From Callorhinchus milii (taxonomy: Eukaryota): a DNA stretch of 64,000 bases. Position numbers and translations under genes: made by a program. Location of the stretch: the NCBI RefSeq assembly GCF_018977255.1, contig NW_024704743.1:96536001-96600000 (forward strand), in the 5' to 3' direction. The notes beneath the pieces are model-generated. The model searched no databases, had not been told where the DNA came from, and worked only from the letters and a program-made list of their open reading frames with translations. How positions within the stretch are numbered: position 1 is the stretch's first letter; every line of letters starts with the position of its first letter. This document shows, in pieces, positions 10,655-23,276 of the stretch.

Positions 10655-13150
10655 ATCACCCAGCAAACCTGTGGGCTATATACTCCCCTGGTGTGCATTT
10701 GCCCGGACCTCCCCAAGAGCTCTTGTGGTCACTTCGCTGCATTGCATTGACTCAGCGCATGATATGGGGGTAGGAGGAGGGTTGGATGAATCGCTCGGAA
10801 GAGTTCCAGCTGCCGAGTATATTCATCCAGATGTTATCTCCTCACTCCAAGGTCCATGTGTCTTCGAAACTATGGCGAGCGATCCTATATAAATGTTCCC
10901 AGGGGATCAAAATGCATGTTCCCTTGACTGTATAAGCGGAAGAGTTGTGTTGCTCAAAAGGGTTTCTGACCAAGATTTGCTCCGGGAGCTGTTAGCATTG
11001 TGTTGGAAAACGATAACTGATTTCATTTTCATCCCTCAGGGTACTGCCCTCAGCGCAGTAACACTGGAGTCTCATTTGTTTTTCTTGACAAATAGATTGG
11101 AAGAAAATCCAAAGATATAATCCTATTAATGAATCACCGGACTACAGCTGTGGAGGTGTCGTTATGATTTTCTGGGATACATGCTGTAGAGACAACAGGT
11201 ATAGCTATTTAACACACCACAAGCAAACTAACTATTCTATATTAGCAATCCACACAGTGAGTGAACTCAGAAATATGTATCTCTACTGTGCAGGATAATT
11301 GGAAGTATATCAATTCTGAAACCAGAAAATTTGGTAATGAGATATACGGCGTTTCAAAACAGATTCCATCACATTGCCATGAATCCTCACATTAACCTCT
11401 TCACAGTGAGAAATAAGACAGAGAAATGGGCAAAAGCAAGAAATAAACGGAATATTAGAAGGTTACACGAGTCTCGTGAACCAATCACTAAGCATTTAAA
11501 ATACTTGAAAGTTAACATTTCACATTTTGGTCAGCGTTTCAGTTTAATTTGGAATTTAACTTGGAGTCAAATAAATAGTTTTCAGGTGAGAGTGGTTTCG
11601 AGAGCGGGAGCCAATATATGCCGCAGAGGATGATAAGCTTGAGTTTTCTTTGGTGTCTTGACACATGCAGAAACCTATCACCATGTTTAACAGTATTTAA
11701 CTCCATGCATCCACCTACACATGGAAACCTGTTGACAGCGATATACAAGATGAGATTGGAGCTCCATGGATCTGAGTCTGACCTTTTCTCAACTTGATGC
11801 ACTTCGAGATGCTACCACGTGAAGGACACAATATAAATGTTGTTGTTGATTTCTCACATTTTTATGTTAGCAACAATAAAGTCTATTATACAATATGTGT
11901 ATACCATATACGAACATGAGTATAGTGTGATATGTGTAAATAGAACCATAAATATTGACTATACAAGTATAAAGGACATTAACAATGTCATCTGATGTCA
12001 TGAAGGATGTCATCTGTAACCGTGAAGCACTCCTCCCAAAGTCCTGATGTAGGACTTGAGCCACAACCTTCTGACTCAGAGATGAGAGTGACATCAACTG
12101 AGCAAAGCGCATAGTGCATAAAGACTCCTCTTTTGAGGTATGCAAATAGGAGCACAATTTCAGTGAACGAGCAAAATTCAATGAGCCCCATCTGCATCCC
12201 TTGTAAAACTAGGAAAAAGCATTATTCTCAAACTTTACTTGTTATGACTTTGTTAATCAACATTAAGGAGAAGCTGTTTCAAAAGTGCAGTCAAGAAGGG
12301 CAATGTAATACCATTTCTGACTTAGTTCTGGTGATTCTTTTGGAAATCAAATAGTCATGGATAGCAACGTTATAGTAGCTTTTAGTTGTCTTGAGTTCAT
12401 GAGTGAATTATGTTTTATGTGATTGCATACAGTATATTATTGAACTTAATGTTGACATTTTAGGAAGATTAGTTTAAGATGCAGAATCTGCTGAATCCGA
12501 CTTTGTATTATATACAGTAACTTGCTTGAAGAAGAACATAATGTAATAGAAGGCTAAACGAGGATTTTGTTTTTCAACTGTATCCACTTAACTAGATTGA
12601 GTTTATGGTTTAGAAAAAATACAGAACAGGATTGATAAATAGTTTTTGTTTTGTCTGATTCATCTTTTCTCCCTCAACTGTTAAAAGATGAGGATTAACC
12701 CAAATGGTAGCTATCACAATATTTTCAATATACTTTGGAATGTATCAAATAATCAGCTTAAAATAAATTCATTTTCTGTAGGAAACAGGCAGCATGGATT
12801 TAATAGTGAATATATCTCATGTAAGTCTAAAAAGGGAAGAAGTTAATTGGCTGAGAGGAGCTGTCTTCCCAAGAGTATGGGAGAGTGAATTTGGCAGGTG
12901 TTACCTGGTATAACAGGTATAATTATGTGCTATTTCATGCTGTTCTCTTGTGATCAATGGTATCCATTGTTTACATAATAAGAATTATTTCACACCTTGG
13001 TGGATCTCCAAGCAATTCACCCATTTACATTAACACGACTGCTGGTCACTAAGTCAATATCACACTTAGTTTTTTTTATCTCGCTATCTATAAGTTAGAT
13101 CTTCTTTATCTGTAATCCTTCATAGTCCCAATGTTTTGTCACTTCTTCCA

Positions 13151-13540
13151 TTTGCACTTGATTTGATGCCTTATCATACTGAAACTTCTCAAAGTGCTTC
13201 ACATAGTTTTTGTTCTGTAAAGTGTACTGACCGTGTTATTTGTAACTAAATACAGGCAGCCAATTTGCACACATTTATGTTCCATAAACCAGGAGGTGAG
13301 TGATCAATTTTTTAACTGGGAGATTGTTGGTCAGGACACCGGGGGAAGCTCCTTTCTTATTTTGAATAGCACCACGGGATCTTCAACTTCCACCTGAAGA
13401 GGCAAATGGGAAGGAGAGAGCCTATGATGTTGCACCCTCAGTATTGCATTGGAGTGTCAGCCTAGACTAAAAGCTGAAAGTCTGAACATGAGGCTTGAAC
13501 CCACAATTTACTGACGTAGAGATAAGAATGCTTTCACCTT
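13151..13540 (-). mobile_element. SINE family B (SacSINE1/DeuSINE-like), degenerate
   Basis: Shares the head (CTTGAACCCACAA), core (CAGGACACCGGG, GGGATCTT) and L2-like tail with 39449-39870 and 54434-54919. The family name is from memory. Confidence 0.65.
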
Positions 13541-14319
13541 GCTAAATTTTTAAATTAAAATTGTGATGCAAAAGTGAGTGGAAAACGACTTAAATGTGCC
13601 AGTACTCAGCCTTGATTTAAAGCTGAACATCAAGGCATTGGGAATCCAACTCAGTCTGCAGAATCTGTCAAACCAATGATAGAGGAAACCACTAAAATGG
13701 AGTAGCATATAACACTGCACCACCCCCATCTTAGCTTCATGATCCAGTGTTCAAATTCCACAGAATTTGGGAATTTTTAAAATTCAGTCTAAATTTGAAA
13801 GCCGTTTTTCTGCAGTTCTATTTAAGTATCTGTGTCTGTCTCTTTAAAAGTCTCTTTTTTCCTCCGGATGTGAAAAGCGCATATCAAATGCAAGGATTAT
13901 TGTTATTATTATTAAAAGTAGTATACATAGTGATGCAGGCAAAAACATTATTGAAATAGAAAAGTTTATTTGCATGATGATGTCAAGATGTCAACTCAGG
14001 CACGGAATGCTGCAGGCCGACTCTCTTCAAATCTCTGACTTTTCCTTATCACGTCACATCTCATGATTGCAGAACCTGTGACATTGGGGAGGCTCTCTGT
14101 GTATCAATACACTCACTACATGAATATCACTTTTCTCTGATTTTGGTGTAAATCCACTTCAGCTGACAACTACAGTTATTTAGCTGCAGCACAGTTTGTT
14201 CTGATTGCAAAAGAAATCCGTGCATGTCATTGCATAATATTCGTTGTCATGTGTCCTACTATTGCTGGTTGCTAGGCAGGAGGGGAGGGGGTGTCTACAA
14301 ACTCCAAGGTATAGGAAGC

Positions 14320-14600
14320 ATTGGCTGCAGATGACCAGAAGATCAGTTTCCAGAAGAAGACCCTTTGGTCCAATTGATCTCATCCTTCCAGAATACCTGT
14401 CTGGCTGTCCTCCTGTCACAGGATTCAACTTTTTTTAAAAAAAAATGAGTCCAGTGATCTAGCCTCATCCACCAATTGTTCCAGTTGTTAATTACCCTTT
14501 GGGTAAATAAATACTTCTTGGTGTCTGTCCTGAACCTGCCCTTTGCAAATGAAAACCTGTTTCATCATGTCCTACAGTCTTGATGTAATGTCTAAAGTAT
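14320..14600 (-). mobile_element. Degenerate CR1-like LINE 3' end
   Basis: AGAAGACCCTTTGGTCCAATTG and TTCCAGTTGTTAATTACCCTTTGGGTAAA resemble CR1 3' ends and 48600-49010. Confidence 0.55.
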
Positions 14601-14659
14601 TGTTCTCGTTTTACTTTTTCAAGGCCATTAAAAAAAAATGATAATATCCAATAGAATAC

Positions 14660-15437
14660 AAAATTACATTAGTATAGCGCCTTTCACATCGGGAGTACAT
14701 CCCAAGGTGCAGGACAGTCAGGGATTTGGACCCAAGCTGGGGGTCGGGATTGGGGAGGGTGGAGGGCAGAGGGCAGGGAGGGTAGGAGGGTGGCCAAAGG
14801 CTCGGACAAAGAGGGTTTTGAGACCAGCCTTGAAGAAGGCAAGGGAAGGAGTGAGGTGAAGGGAATGTGGGCTGGAGTTCCAAAGGGTGTGGGCCGAAAG
14901 GCTGAAGGCCTGGTCGCCGATAGTGGAGCAGGTTGGGCAGGGCATGTGGAGCAGACCAGAGCCTGCTGAGCGCAGAGAGTGGACAGGTTGATATGGGGTC
15001 AGCAGGTCACAGAGGTAGGGAGGGGCAAGGCCATGGAGGGCCTTGAAGGTGAGGATTTTGAACTCTATCCTCTGGGGGTTGGGGAGCCAGTGGAGCCAGG
15101 CGGGTGTGGGGGTGATGGGATAATGGAGCCTGGTGCGGGAGAGGACATGAGCTGCAGAGTTCTGGATGAGGGAAGAGTTGGGAAGACTGACAAGCAAGGA
15201 TTTGGCATAGCCAAGCTTAGATGTGATGAATGCGTGGATGAGGGTTTCGGCAGCCTGAGGGTTGAGGCAGTATCAGAGCTGGGCGATATTGCGGAGGTGG
15301 GGGAAGGCAGAGTGGATCATGGCATGGATGGGGGATAGAAAGGATAGTTGAGGGTCAAACAAGATGCCATGGTTCCGGACTGGCTTAGTAAGGTAGAGTG
15401 TATATCCATGGATGGTGGGCTGTCAGTGCCTGAGGTG
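14660..15437 (-). mobile_element. L2 LINE 3' part
   Basis: IQNSAAHVLSRT...LHWLP...RIEFKIL...APPYL...LWNS...FKAGLKT remnant. Confidence 0.9.
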
Positions 15438-16519
15438 TGCTTTGAGATGTCCTCCCAACCTGAAAAACGGTATATCATTTGCAATGATTATTATAAGAAA
15501 TGCATCTCCTTTGAGAGCAACCTCTAAAAATATCAATTCAGAATATTACTTATGAACAGCAGGTAATAACTATAACTCTTTCAAATTCCAGCTGCTAGGT
15601 GGCAGTGCCAATCTGTTTTAAAAAAAGACTTCAATGTTCCTATGGCATTTAGGGGGAATGACATGTGTAGAACTCCAAGTGACTGTTCACATATAAACAT
15701 TTACCCAAGAACATGCCTTACAAGCATTGATGATTTTTTTTGGAGCCTCCACTTTATGGGTTATTCTGCATGGGTTATCACTGAAAACTCATCTTACATT
15801 TAAAAATAAATAAAATAAATTTCACTTTGGGCCCGAGTTCAGAATTAACTCAGCGAGGTATAATGATAGCCTTCTCTCTGCTGCCTATGTGGATGATTGT
15901 CAATAGTTTTTTTNAAACATTGCCTAGAATTTGGCACAAATATCACCTAAATAAGCATTCTCTCCAAGAGAGTCCATAATATTATCTGGTGTGAAACATG
16001 AAACATTGAAACGGTATAATGCTTTTTTATGGTTAAGAAAACTGTTGGGACAGAATAAGGGAACTTTTACTTTGTACCTAGCCATTTAAATCTAATTTCG
16101 GAGAGCCTGATGCAGTAGACATGGGGAGTACAATTGTTCCATTTACCTATTGTACCTCACCATAATGAGCAGTAAAAAAAATCACCCAAAGATTCTTTGA
16201 ATTTGACTAATGTAATCATTTCTGAATCGTAATGTTTGAATCGGGGTTTACCCAAAACTGAAATAGTACTTAGAGTTCTTGATGGAAACATGGTAACTGT
16301 TATTAATATACTGCATTTCCTATATTCTGTTCTTGAGATGATTCGCTCTCATGTCATTTCTCATTTGCTTCAGCTCAGCGAAGCAGAGGGGGATGTGTGA
16401 ATATTAATATACTTCCTGTTTAGCAAACATAGCATTTATTATAAAATCAAGAATCGAGAAATTATGCAACATATGAGTTAATACTGAATGTCTGAGTAAT
16501 CAAGGCAACAAACACAGAG

Positions 16520-16745
16520 GAAGAAATACTAAGATATAAAGTAAAACCGAAAAGCGTAACGGAGAGATAACAGAGGAAAATAGGAGAGAAAAGACAGATA
16601 AATTAAAACAAAAAGATAGAAAGATAGAGAAATAAAACACCAAGAAGATTGAAAAATAAAGAGAAAATAATTATTTAAACAGAAATGGTGAAGAAAAAAG
16701 GAGAATAAATCAGAAATAAAAATAAGAATTGAGTCAGAAAGAAGC
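16520..16745. repeat. Purine/A-rich low-complexity tract with recurring AGAAATAA-like units
   Basis: Directly visible strand asymmetry (mostly A and G). Confidence 0.7.
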
Positions 16746-16799
16746 AAACGGTGTTGCATTTCTTAGTTAAAGACGTGTTAGTATGTAGATGACACCCAA

Positions 16800-16971
16800 C
16801 TCTCAAACAAGAGACCTGGGTTCGATCCCAGCAGAGCAAAATGTTGGGCAAGTTTTCTTACTCCACACGCCTGTTTATCTAGCAATAAATAGGTGCCCGA
16901 TTGTTAGTCAAATAACAAATCGCTTTTTTAATAACTCATGTTTATACCAAATGCAAGGATTATTATTATTA
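16800..16971 (+). mobile_element. Internally deleted SINE family A copy
   Basis: GAGACCTGGGTTCGATCCC head portion joined to a CAAATGCAAGGATTATTATT tail. Confidence 0.7.
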
Positions 16972-17049
16972 GAACTCTATCTCCCTGCCTCCACCCTCAT
17001 TTCCAGCACCAGTGTTGTTCTGACCAATTGCCTATCATACATCAAGTGC

Positions 17050-17573
17050 AGCTCGTGTACTGTCCCGCACCAGGCTTCGCGACCACATCACTCCCACCCT
17101 CACTCGCCTCCACTGGCTCCCCATCCCCCAGAGGATCGATTTCAGGATCCTCATCCTCACCTACAAGGCCATTCACGGACTTGCTCCATCCTTCCTCTCC
17201 GACCTACTATCCCCCTACTTTCCTGTCCGTACCCTCCGCTCCTCTGGCTCCGGTCTGCTCCACATCCCCCGCCCCAACCGCCCTACCATCGGTGGCCCGG
17301 CCTTCAGCCTCTCAGCCCCCAGGCTCTGGAACTCTATCCCCCAGTGCCTTCGCCGCCTCCTCCCTTTCCTCCTTCAAGGCCGGTCTCAAGACCTTTCTCT
17401 TTGACCGAGCCTTCAGCTCCCCTCTCGACTCTCTACCCCCTCCTCGCTCCCTCCCTTCCCTCCCCTCACCCTGACCATTTTCCCCCTGCTCGGGTCCTGA
17501 CCCAACTGTACAGCGCCTTGGGACGTCGTCCCAACGTGAAAGGCGCTCTATAAATGGAATCTTGTTGTTGTTG
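17050..17573 (+). mobile_element. Young L2 LINE 3' end
   Basis: CpG-retaining copy highly similar to 34560-35105, with a (TTG)n tail. Confidence 0.9.
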
Positions 17574-17640
17574 CTGAATGAGCTCTGATTTCTCCAGTTG
17601 AATGCCAACAAGACAAGAGGCTCTCCTGCTTTGCTCCCAT

Positions 17641-18200
17641 CAACAACAACAAAATGACATTTATAGAGCAGCTTTCTCGTCGGAAGTACGTCCCAAAGCG
17701 GTGAACAGTCAGCTGTCGGGACCTGAGCATGGGGGAGGTGTAAGGGTGAGGGAAGGCAGAGAGGTGGGAGGGAGACCAAAGGCATGGTCAAAAGAAGGAT
17801 CGTGAGACCGGCTTTGAAGGATGCGAGGGAGGAGGCGAGCCGAAGGGACCGTGGGATGGAGTTTCAAAGTGTGGGGGCAGAGAGGCTGAAAGCCCGGCCA
17901 CCGATGGTAGAGCGGGTTGGATGGGAGACATGGAGCAGGCCGGAGCCCGCTGAATGGAGGGAGCGGGCAGGTTGGTAGGGAGTCAGCAGGTCAGAGAGGT
18001 AGGAGTGGGCAAGGCCATGGATGGCCTTGATGATGAGGACGAGGATCTTGAATTTGATCCTCTGGTGGATGGGGAGCCAGTGGAGTTGGGCGAGGGTGGG
18101 AGTGGTGGGGTCGCGGAGCCTGGTGCGTGAGAGTACGCAAGATGCAGAGTTTTGGATGATCTGCAGCTTGTGAAGGAAGAGTTCGGAAGGCTGAGCCATC
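17641..18200 (-). mobile_element. L2 LINE 3' end, inverted relative to the preceding copy
   Basis: LQIIQNSASCVLSRT...LHWLPIHQRIKFKIL remnant and (CAA)n tail; similar to 51015-51420. Confidence 0.9.
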
Positions 18201-18903
18201 AGCACTTTCTTCGCTCAGGGACTGACAGTATCAAAGTTCATGGATGTACACTCCACCTTGAGACAGTTCTATCACCCTAATATCTATATACACACACGAT
18301 ATGGCTCGCTCTCCCTCGCAGAGTGTATTGGGTAGCCTCTGTGTTCAATCCTTACTAATGAATGCAAGTCCTTACAACTAGGTGTAACTTGACTAACAAG
18401 TTCTTCCACAACGACAGGTACAACCAATTGCTATTTTAATTAAAGCAAATTGGGAGCGTTAGTCAATCGGAGGTTTATTTTTACACCTCTGTGACCGAGG
18501 CTGAACCTGTTTGTGTATTCCCTCAGAAAGCTTGAGTAAGCACGGAGTAAGCACGGAGTATCAAATGCAAGGATTATTATCAATGGTACCTTTGTTGTCA
18601 TCAGGCAGAAAAATAACAACCACAAGCACATGGCGTTTATTCTTTTATGGGCATTGAGCCCCTTCCCAAATTAGGGCACCCAATGGGACTTTCTTATGGT
18701 CCAATCAAAATCATCCTTTAAGTGACCCAATAGGGAAACAATATACCTGCCTATCAACTAATGCAAGTTATAAATAGGCAGTTACCTGCCAAATTGTTAC
18801 AACTGATGCTAGAGTCAGGTTTGTTTGCACCATAAGTATCGAAAACGTTAAATACATAAAAAAAGTATTTAAAGCGCTACTCAACATATTTAAAGAACCG
18901 TGA

Positions 18904-20481
18904 CAAGAACAACAAAATTACATTTGTATAGTGCCTTTTACATCATGAAGACGTCCCAAGGCGTTGGACAGACAGAGTTATGGACCCGAGCTGAGGGTTG
19001 GGTGGAGGGCAGGGGGAAAGCGGGGAGATCGAAAGCACGGTTGAAGAGGAGGGTCTTGAGGTGGGTCTTGAAGGTGGCGAGGGAGGGGGCGAGACGGAGG
19101 TACTGCGGAATGGAGTTCCAGAGGGTGGGTGCAGAGTGAGCGGGAGGCCCACCTGCCGATAGTGGGGTGAGCAAGGCGGGGGACGTGAAGCAGGCCGGAG
19201 CCCGCTGAGCGGAGGGAGCGAACAGGGTGGTAGGGGGTTAGGAGGTCAGAGAGGTAGGGGGGAGCATGACTGGAGGGCTTTGAAGGTGAGGACCAGGATC
19301 TTGAACTGTATCCTTTGTGTGATGGGAAGCCAGTGGAGTTGGGCAAGGATGGAGGTGATAGGGTCGCGTAGCCTAGTGCGGGAGAGGACACGGGCTGCAG
19401 AGTTCTGGATGAGCTGTGGAGGGAAGAGTTGGGGAGGCCGACAAGCAGTGAGTTTGCATAGTTGAGCCTCGATGTAATGAAGGCATGTATGAGGGTTTCG
19501 GTGGCCTGCGGTGTGCGATAGTGTCAGAGCTGGGCAACGTTGCAGAGTTGGGGGAAGGCAGAGTGGGTCATGGCGCAGATGTGGGGTAGAAAGGATAGTT
19601 GAGAGTCAAACAAGACCCCAAGGTTCCGGACTGGATTAGCAAGGTGGCGTGTGCAACCATGGATGGTGATGCTGTCAGCGCCTGAGGTGAGGAGGCGCTG
19701 ACGGGAGACAATCAGGAGAGCCTCGGTCTTGTTGATGTTCAACTGAAGAAAGTTAGCTCTCATCCAGGACTTGATGTCTGACAGACATGTGAAAGTTGAC
19801 CCCATGTCTGCGGATGATGTCACCAAGAGGGAGCATATAGATATTGAAGAGGAGGTGACCAAGGACAGAGCCCTGAGGAATGCCACCCAAGACAGTTTGA
19901 GAGCTAGAGGAGAAGCTGTTTGAGGAGATGAAGTGCAGGCTGTGTGAGAGGTATTATCTGAACCAGTCAAGGACAGCGCCGTGGAGGTTGAGGTGAGAGG
20001 AGAGGCGGTGGATGAGGATAGAGTGGTCGACAGTGTCGAAGGCAGCAGAGAGGTCAAGGAAGACGAGGAGGCAGAGGGAGCCCTGGTCGCAGATGGACAG
20101 AATGTCATTTGTCACTTTGACCAGGGCGGTTTCTGTGTTGTGGGCGGCACGGAAGCCCAATTGGAGGGGTTCGAGAAGGGAGTTGCGGGAGAGGAAGGAG
20201 CGAAGCTGAGAAGCAACAACTTGCTCCAGGACCTTGGAGAGGATGGGGAGGTTGGAGATGAGGCAGTAGATAGGCAGTAGAGAAGAATCCAGGGAGGCCT
20301 TTTAAGGATGGGAGTGACAACAGCAGCCTTTAAAGGGGTGGGTACAGGGAGAGGACAAGGAGAGGTTAACAATGTCAGTGAGTAGAGAGGCAAGGAGATG
20401 GAGTTGGGAAGTAAAGAGGGGGGTAGGGATGGGGTCGAGGGAGCAGGTGGTGGGTTTCATACGGGTTATGGTGACCATCTC
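18904..20481 (-). mobile_element. Longest L2 LINE fragment, including a disrupted reverse transcriptase region
   Basis: GFRAAHNTETAL...LDLSAAFDTVDHSIL...WF and [16 protein letters not shown]...VRNLGVLFD remnants. Has stops, frameshifts and an internal deletion across the expected YADD motif. Confidence 0.93.
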
Positions 20482-21682
20482 ATGGAGCTGGTACAGAACA
20501 TCAGTGTCTTAGAAGCATAGTAATCTTTGGCCCATCAAGTCCACAATGGCTCACATTTTAAACCTGACATCCGTGCTTTGACCCACTCAGTTTTCTCCTC
20601 ACTTCTGAAATATTGCCTACTTTGGCCATTATCTCTTTGCCCGGGTTGCCGAGACCCTCATCCATGTGTTTATCACGTCCATGCTTGACGACACCAACAC
20701 TTTGTTAGGTGTCGTCAAGCTCTTCCCAATACAAGCGGCAGACTACCCAGAACCCTACACATATCCTTTCCCACATCAAGCTCTGCGGACCTATCACACC
20801 CTATCCTGGACCCTACTAAGAGCTGAGACCTACCCAGTGGGCACCAGCTGTCTTATGTCCTCCACAAACGGTAGTCAGGCTATCTGCCCCTACTCTCTGA
20901 AACGTCCTTCCAACTTGCTTTACATTGATGTTATACTTTGTTCTGTTTCCTTAGCTCACAAAACAAAGTTTGAAGTCTATAAACTCATATTATGATATAT
21001 GTACTCCTTAGGGTGGTACAGAAGATTAACGCATGAATAAGCTGTGTGTCAGAGAATGGTAAGATGTGGGTTTGCCCTGCGGTTTCCAGGATGGTAATTG
21101 TTTGATCTTTGTTGTGAACAGGGATCAAGCAGAGGTGTGGCTCTCTCTATACAGAGAGGAGGAAAATAGGAGGGAAAGGCAAACCAGAGTCATTTTGTCT
21201 CACCTAGCAACAGGTTTGAGTAACATTGACAGATCTCTAGGAGCAGGTGAATAGTGTGTGGTTGCTGCAGGTAGTCTTGAAAACTAGGGCCAGAAAGAAT
21301 TGAGACAGAGATAAACATAGACAGGTCATTTAGACATAACTTCTATGGTTATTACAGGTGGAGTTGATCTTGGTTTCCTCAGGCATTATTGGAATGGGCA
21401 GGATTACTGTTTATAAACACAGAATTTGTGCAGCTTTAGGAGTGGAAAAATTGCTTTTTGAAAGTCAGTAAAAATAATTGCTTGTTTATGAAGTCCAGGC
21501 TCTGTGTGGCTTCCAGCAATTAGTTAAACCATTTATATTTAATTAATAATAATAATCCTTACATTCGATTTAGCGCCTTATCACGTCGTTGAGGCATCTC
21601 AAAGTGCTTCACAGGATATACTGTAAAGTGGAGTGATAGCGTATTTTGTGGGAAAAACGTGGCAGCCAATTTGCACACAACA
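19935..21682 (+). repeat. Segment X, copy 1 (near-identical to 36986-38730)
   Basis: Direct comparison; the identical 62-aa ORF appears at 21066 and 38114. Confidence 0.97.
21545..21682 (-). mobile_element. SINE 3' tail truncated at the X|P junction
   Basis: The same element continues to about 38880 in the other copy. Confidence 0.85.
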
Positions 21683-22430
21683 CCCAATGTATGTAACAAT
21701 TAAGAATTTGGGCCTAAAACATGGTTGAAAATGGCAAGGAGAGAGGAATTGAGGCACAGAGATTTTGTGGAGTTCTGTAGCTCAGTGGTTAGAGCACTCG
21801 CTTTGCAAGCGAGAGACCTGGGTTTGATTCCCGGCAGGGTGAAACCTTGGGCAAGTTTCTTTGCTCCACACACCTGATAATAATCCCTCAAAAAAACAAT
21901 AATAAATTGGCCATTTCAATCCCGACTGTTTGTGGGACACTGCTGTGTGCAATTGGCTGCTGCATTTCGCCCACAAATATAGTCAATTCACTTTACAGTA
22001 TATTCTGTGAAGCGCTTTGAGACGTCTAAAAGATGTGAAAAGCGCTATATCAAATGCAAGGATTATTATTATTAATTTGGCAGAGAGTTTGAGGCTTGGT
22101 GAGTAATTAAAGGACAGAAGTGAGGAAGCAGTAGATCAGAATTGTAGTAGTGGTGGGTAGAGCAGAAGGATATGGTTCAGCAAAATTGCATAGATACGGA
22201 AGGTATAACCATGAATAAGGTCAAAAAAAGGACCTTAAATTCAGCCAGTGGAGGCCAGCAAGAATGAGAATAATAGATGTGCAGAGTCTGGTGTGGAGAG
22301 AATACAGGCTCCAGAGTTTTGAATGATTTTGAACTTGATGCTCAGGAGGCTGTGAGCAGAAGATTGGGAAAGTCCTTGAAATGTTAAACACACAAGCCAG
22401 AGTTTCGGCAGTGGTGTGGTAAGGACATAG
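21683..22430 (-). mobile_element. Old, degenerate L2 3' part containing a nested SINE
   Basis: GCCAGTGGAG and CCAGAGTTTTGAATGA are L2-like motifs; the segment begins within the L2 tail region. Confidence 0.55.
21767..22073 (+). mobile_element. SINE family A (short form), full length
   Basis: GTGGAGTTCTGTAGCTCAGTGGTTAGAGC head and GCGCTATATCAAATGCAAGG(ATT)n tail. Confidence 0.9.
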
Positions 22431-23240
22431 TTTTAACAGGTCATTTGAAATTTAAAATTTAAAAGTATATTTTCCAGAATATGGTAACTGAGTCATTAAA
22501 TATTTAATAATAATAATCCTTGGATTATTACTTGATAATAGTGCCTTTTTTATGTTACAGCATCTCAAATAATTTTACATGATTTCATTGAAATATAATA
22601 ACTAATTGTGGGCAAACAAATTTACCTGAATCGGGTGTGAAATTGAAGGAACAGGAATTTTGGAAGAGTAGAAGTTTAGGAATGTGTTGCTTTTAACTGC
22701 AGTGGTTAAATGATAACTAGAGCTGCAGATGTGTCATGGCGTACAAAATATAAACGGAGGATATTTTTCTGCTTCTTTGTGGCAAAACCCACTGTCCCAT
22801 ACATTTTCCTCATTAAGCATGCGCCAACCTCCCTCACGGTTAATGCGGAAAATTCAGACTTTTCTCGCAAGGCCGTTGTATGTCCAGCTGCTTTCTGGTC
22901 ATACAGGTAATGTTTTTATATGTACACCTGTAAATATATATCATTTTACATATTATACAGTAAAGAGATGTGTATCCACACACCAAATATCCATATGGTG
23001 CTCCCTCGTGAAGATTTGATGTGGAAGCAATTGTAGGAAGCAATTTTTTTAAAAAAATTTGCACGCATGCACATGAAGTTGGTAGAAATACAATTCAGCT
23101 ACACATTAAATATAAATTGTGGGCAGAATTACCTTGTGCCTTGAATTGGAATTTTTTTGAACGGCAGAGAAAGCCAGATAGGTTAGTTACAATGGGGCCA
23201 GTTCCGGTTAGTGCGGATAATTGGCTCTCTAGTGCAATGT

Positions 23241-23268
23241 CTTATAATCTTTCTGCTTTCTCTTACAG
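23241..23268 (+). promoter_or_regulatory. PLEKHF2: Splice acceptor of the PLEKHF2 coding exon (exon starts at 23269)
   Basis: Polypyrimidine tract CTTTCTGCTTTCTCTTACAG ending 8 nt before the ATG. Fits the known structure of a non-coding exon 1 plus a single coding exon. Confidence 0.85.
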
Positions 23269-23276
23269 CAAACAAG

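Noticed and set aside
3254..20393. Many 100-250 aa ORFs (for example 3264, 14718, 16789, 19524)
   Set aside because: All lie in L2 fragments, as ORF2 remnants or alternative frames; there is no intact retrotransposon ORF.
21767..21840. tRNA-like sequences (also near 6415-6485, 43230-43300 and 54945-55015)
   Set aside because: These are SINE heads continuous with SINE bodies and tails, not tRNA genes.
22705..23180. Possible non-autonomous DNA or rolling-circle element upstream of the PLEKHF2 exon
   Set aside because: Only a vague resemblance; I could not define termini or a target duplication.
23211..23276. 22-aa N-terminal extension of PLEKHF2 in the ORF track
   Set aside because: Starts at GTG and reads through the polypyrimidine tract and splice acceptor; the conserved start is ATG 23277.
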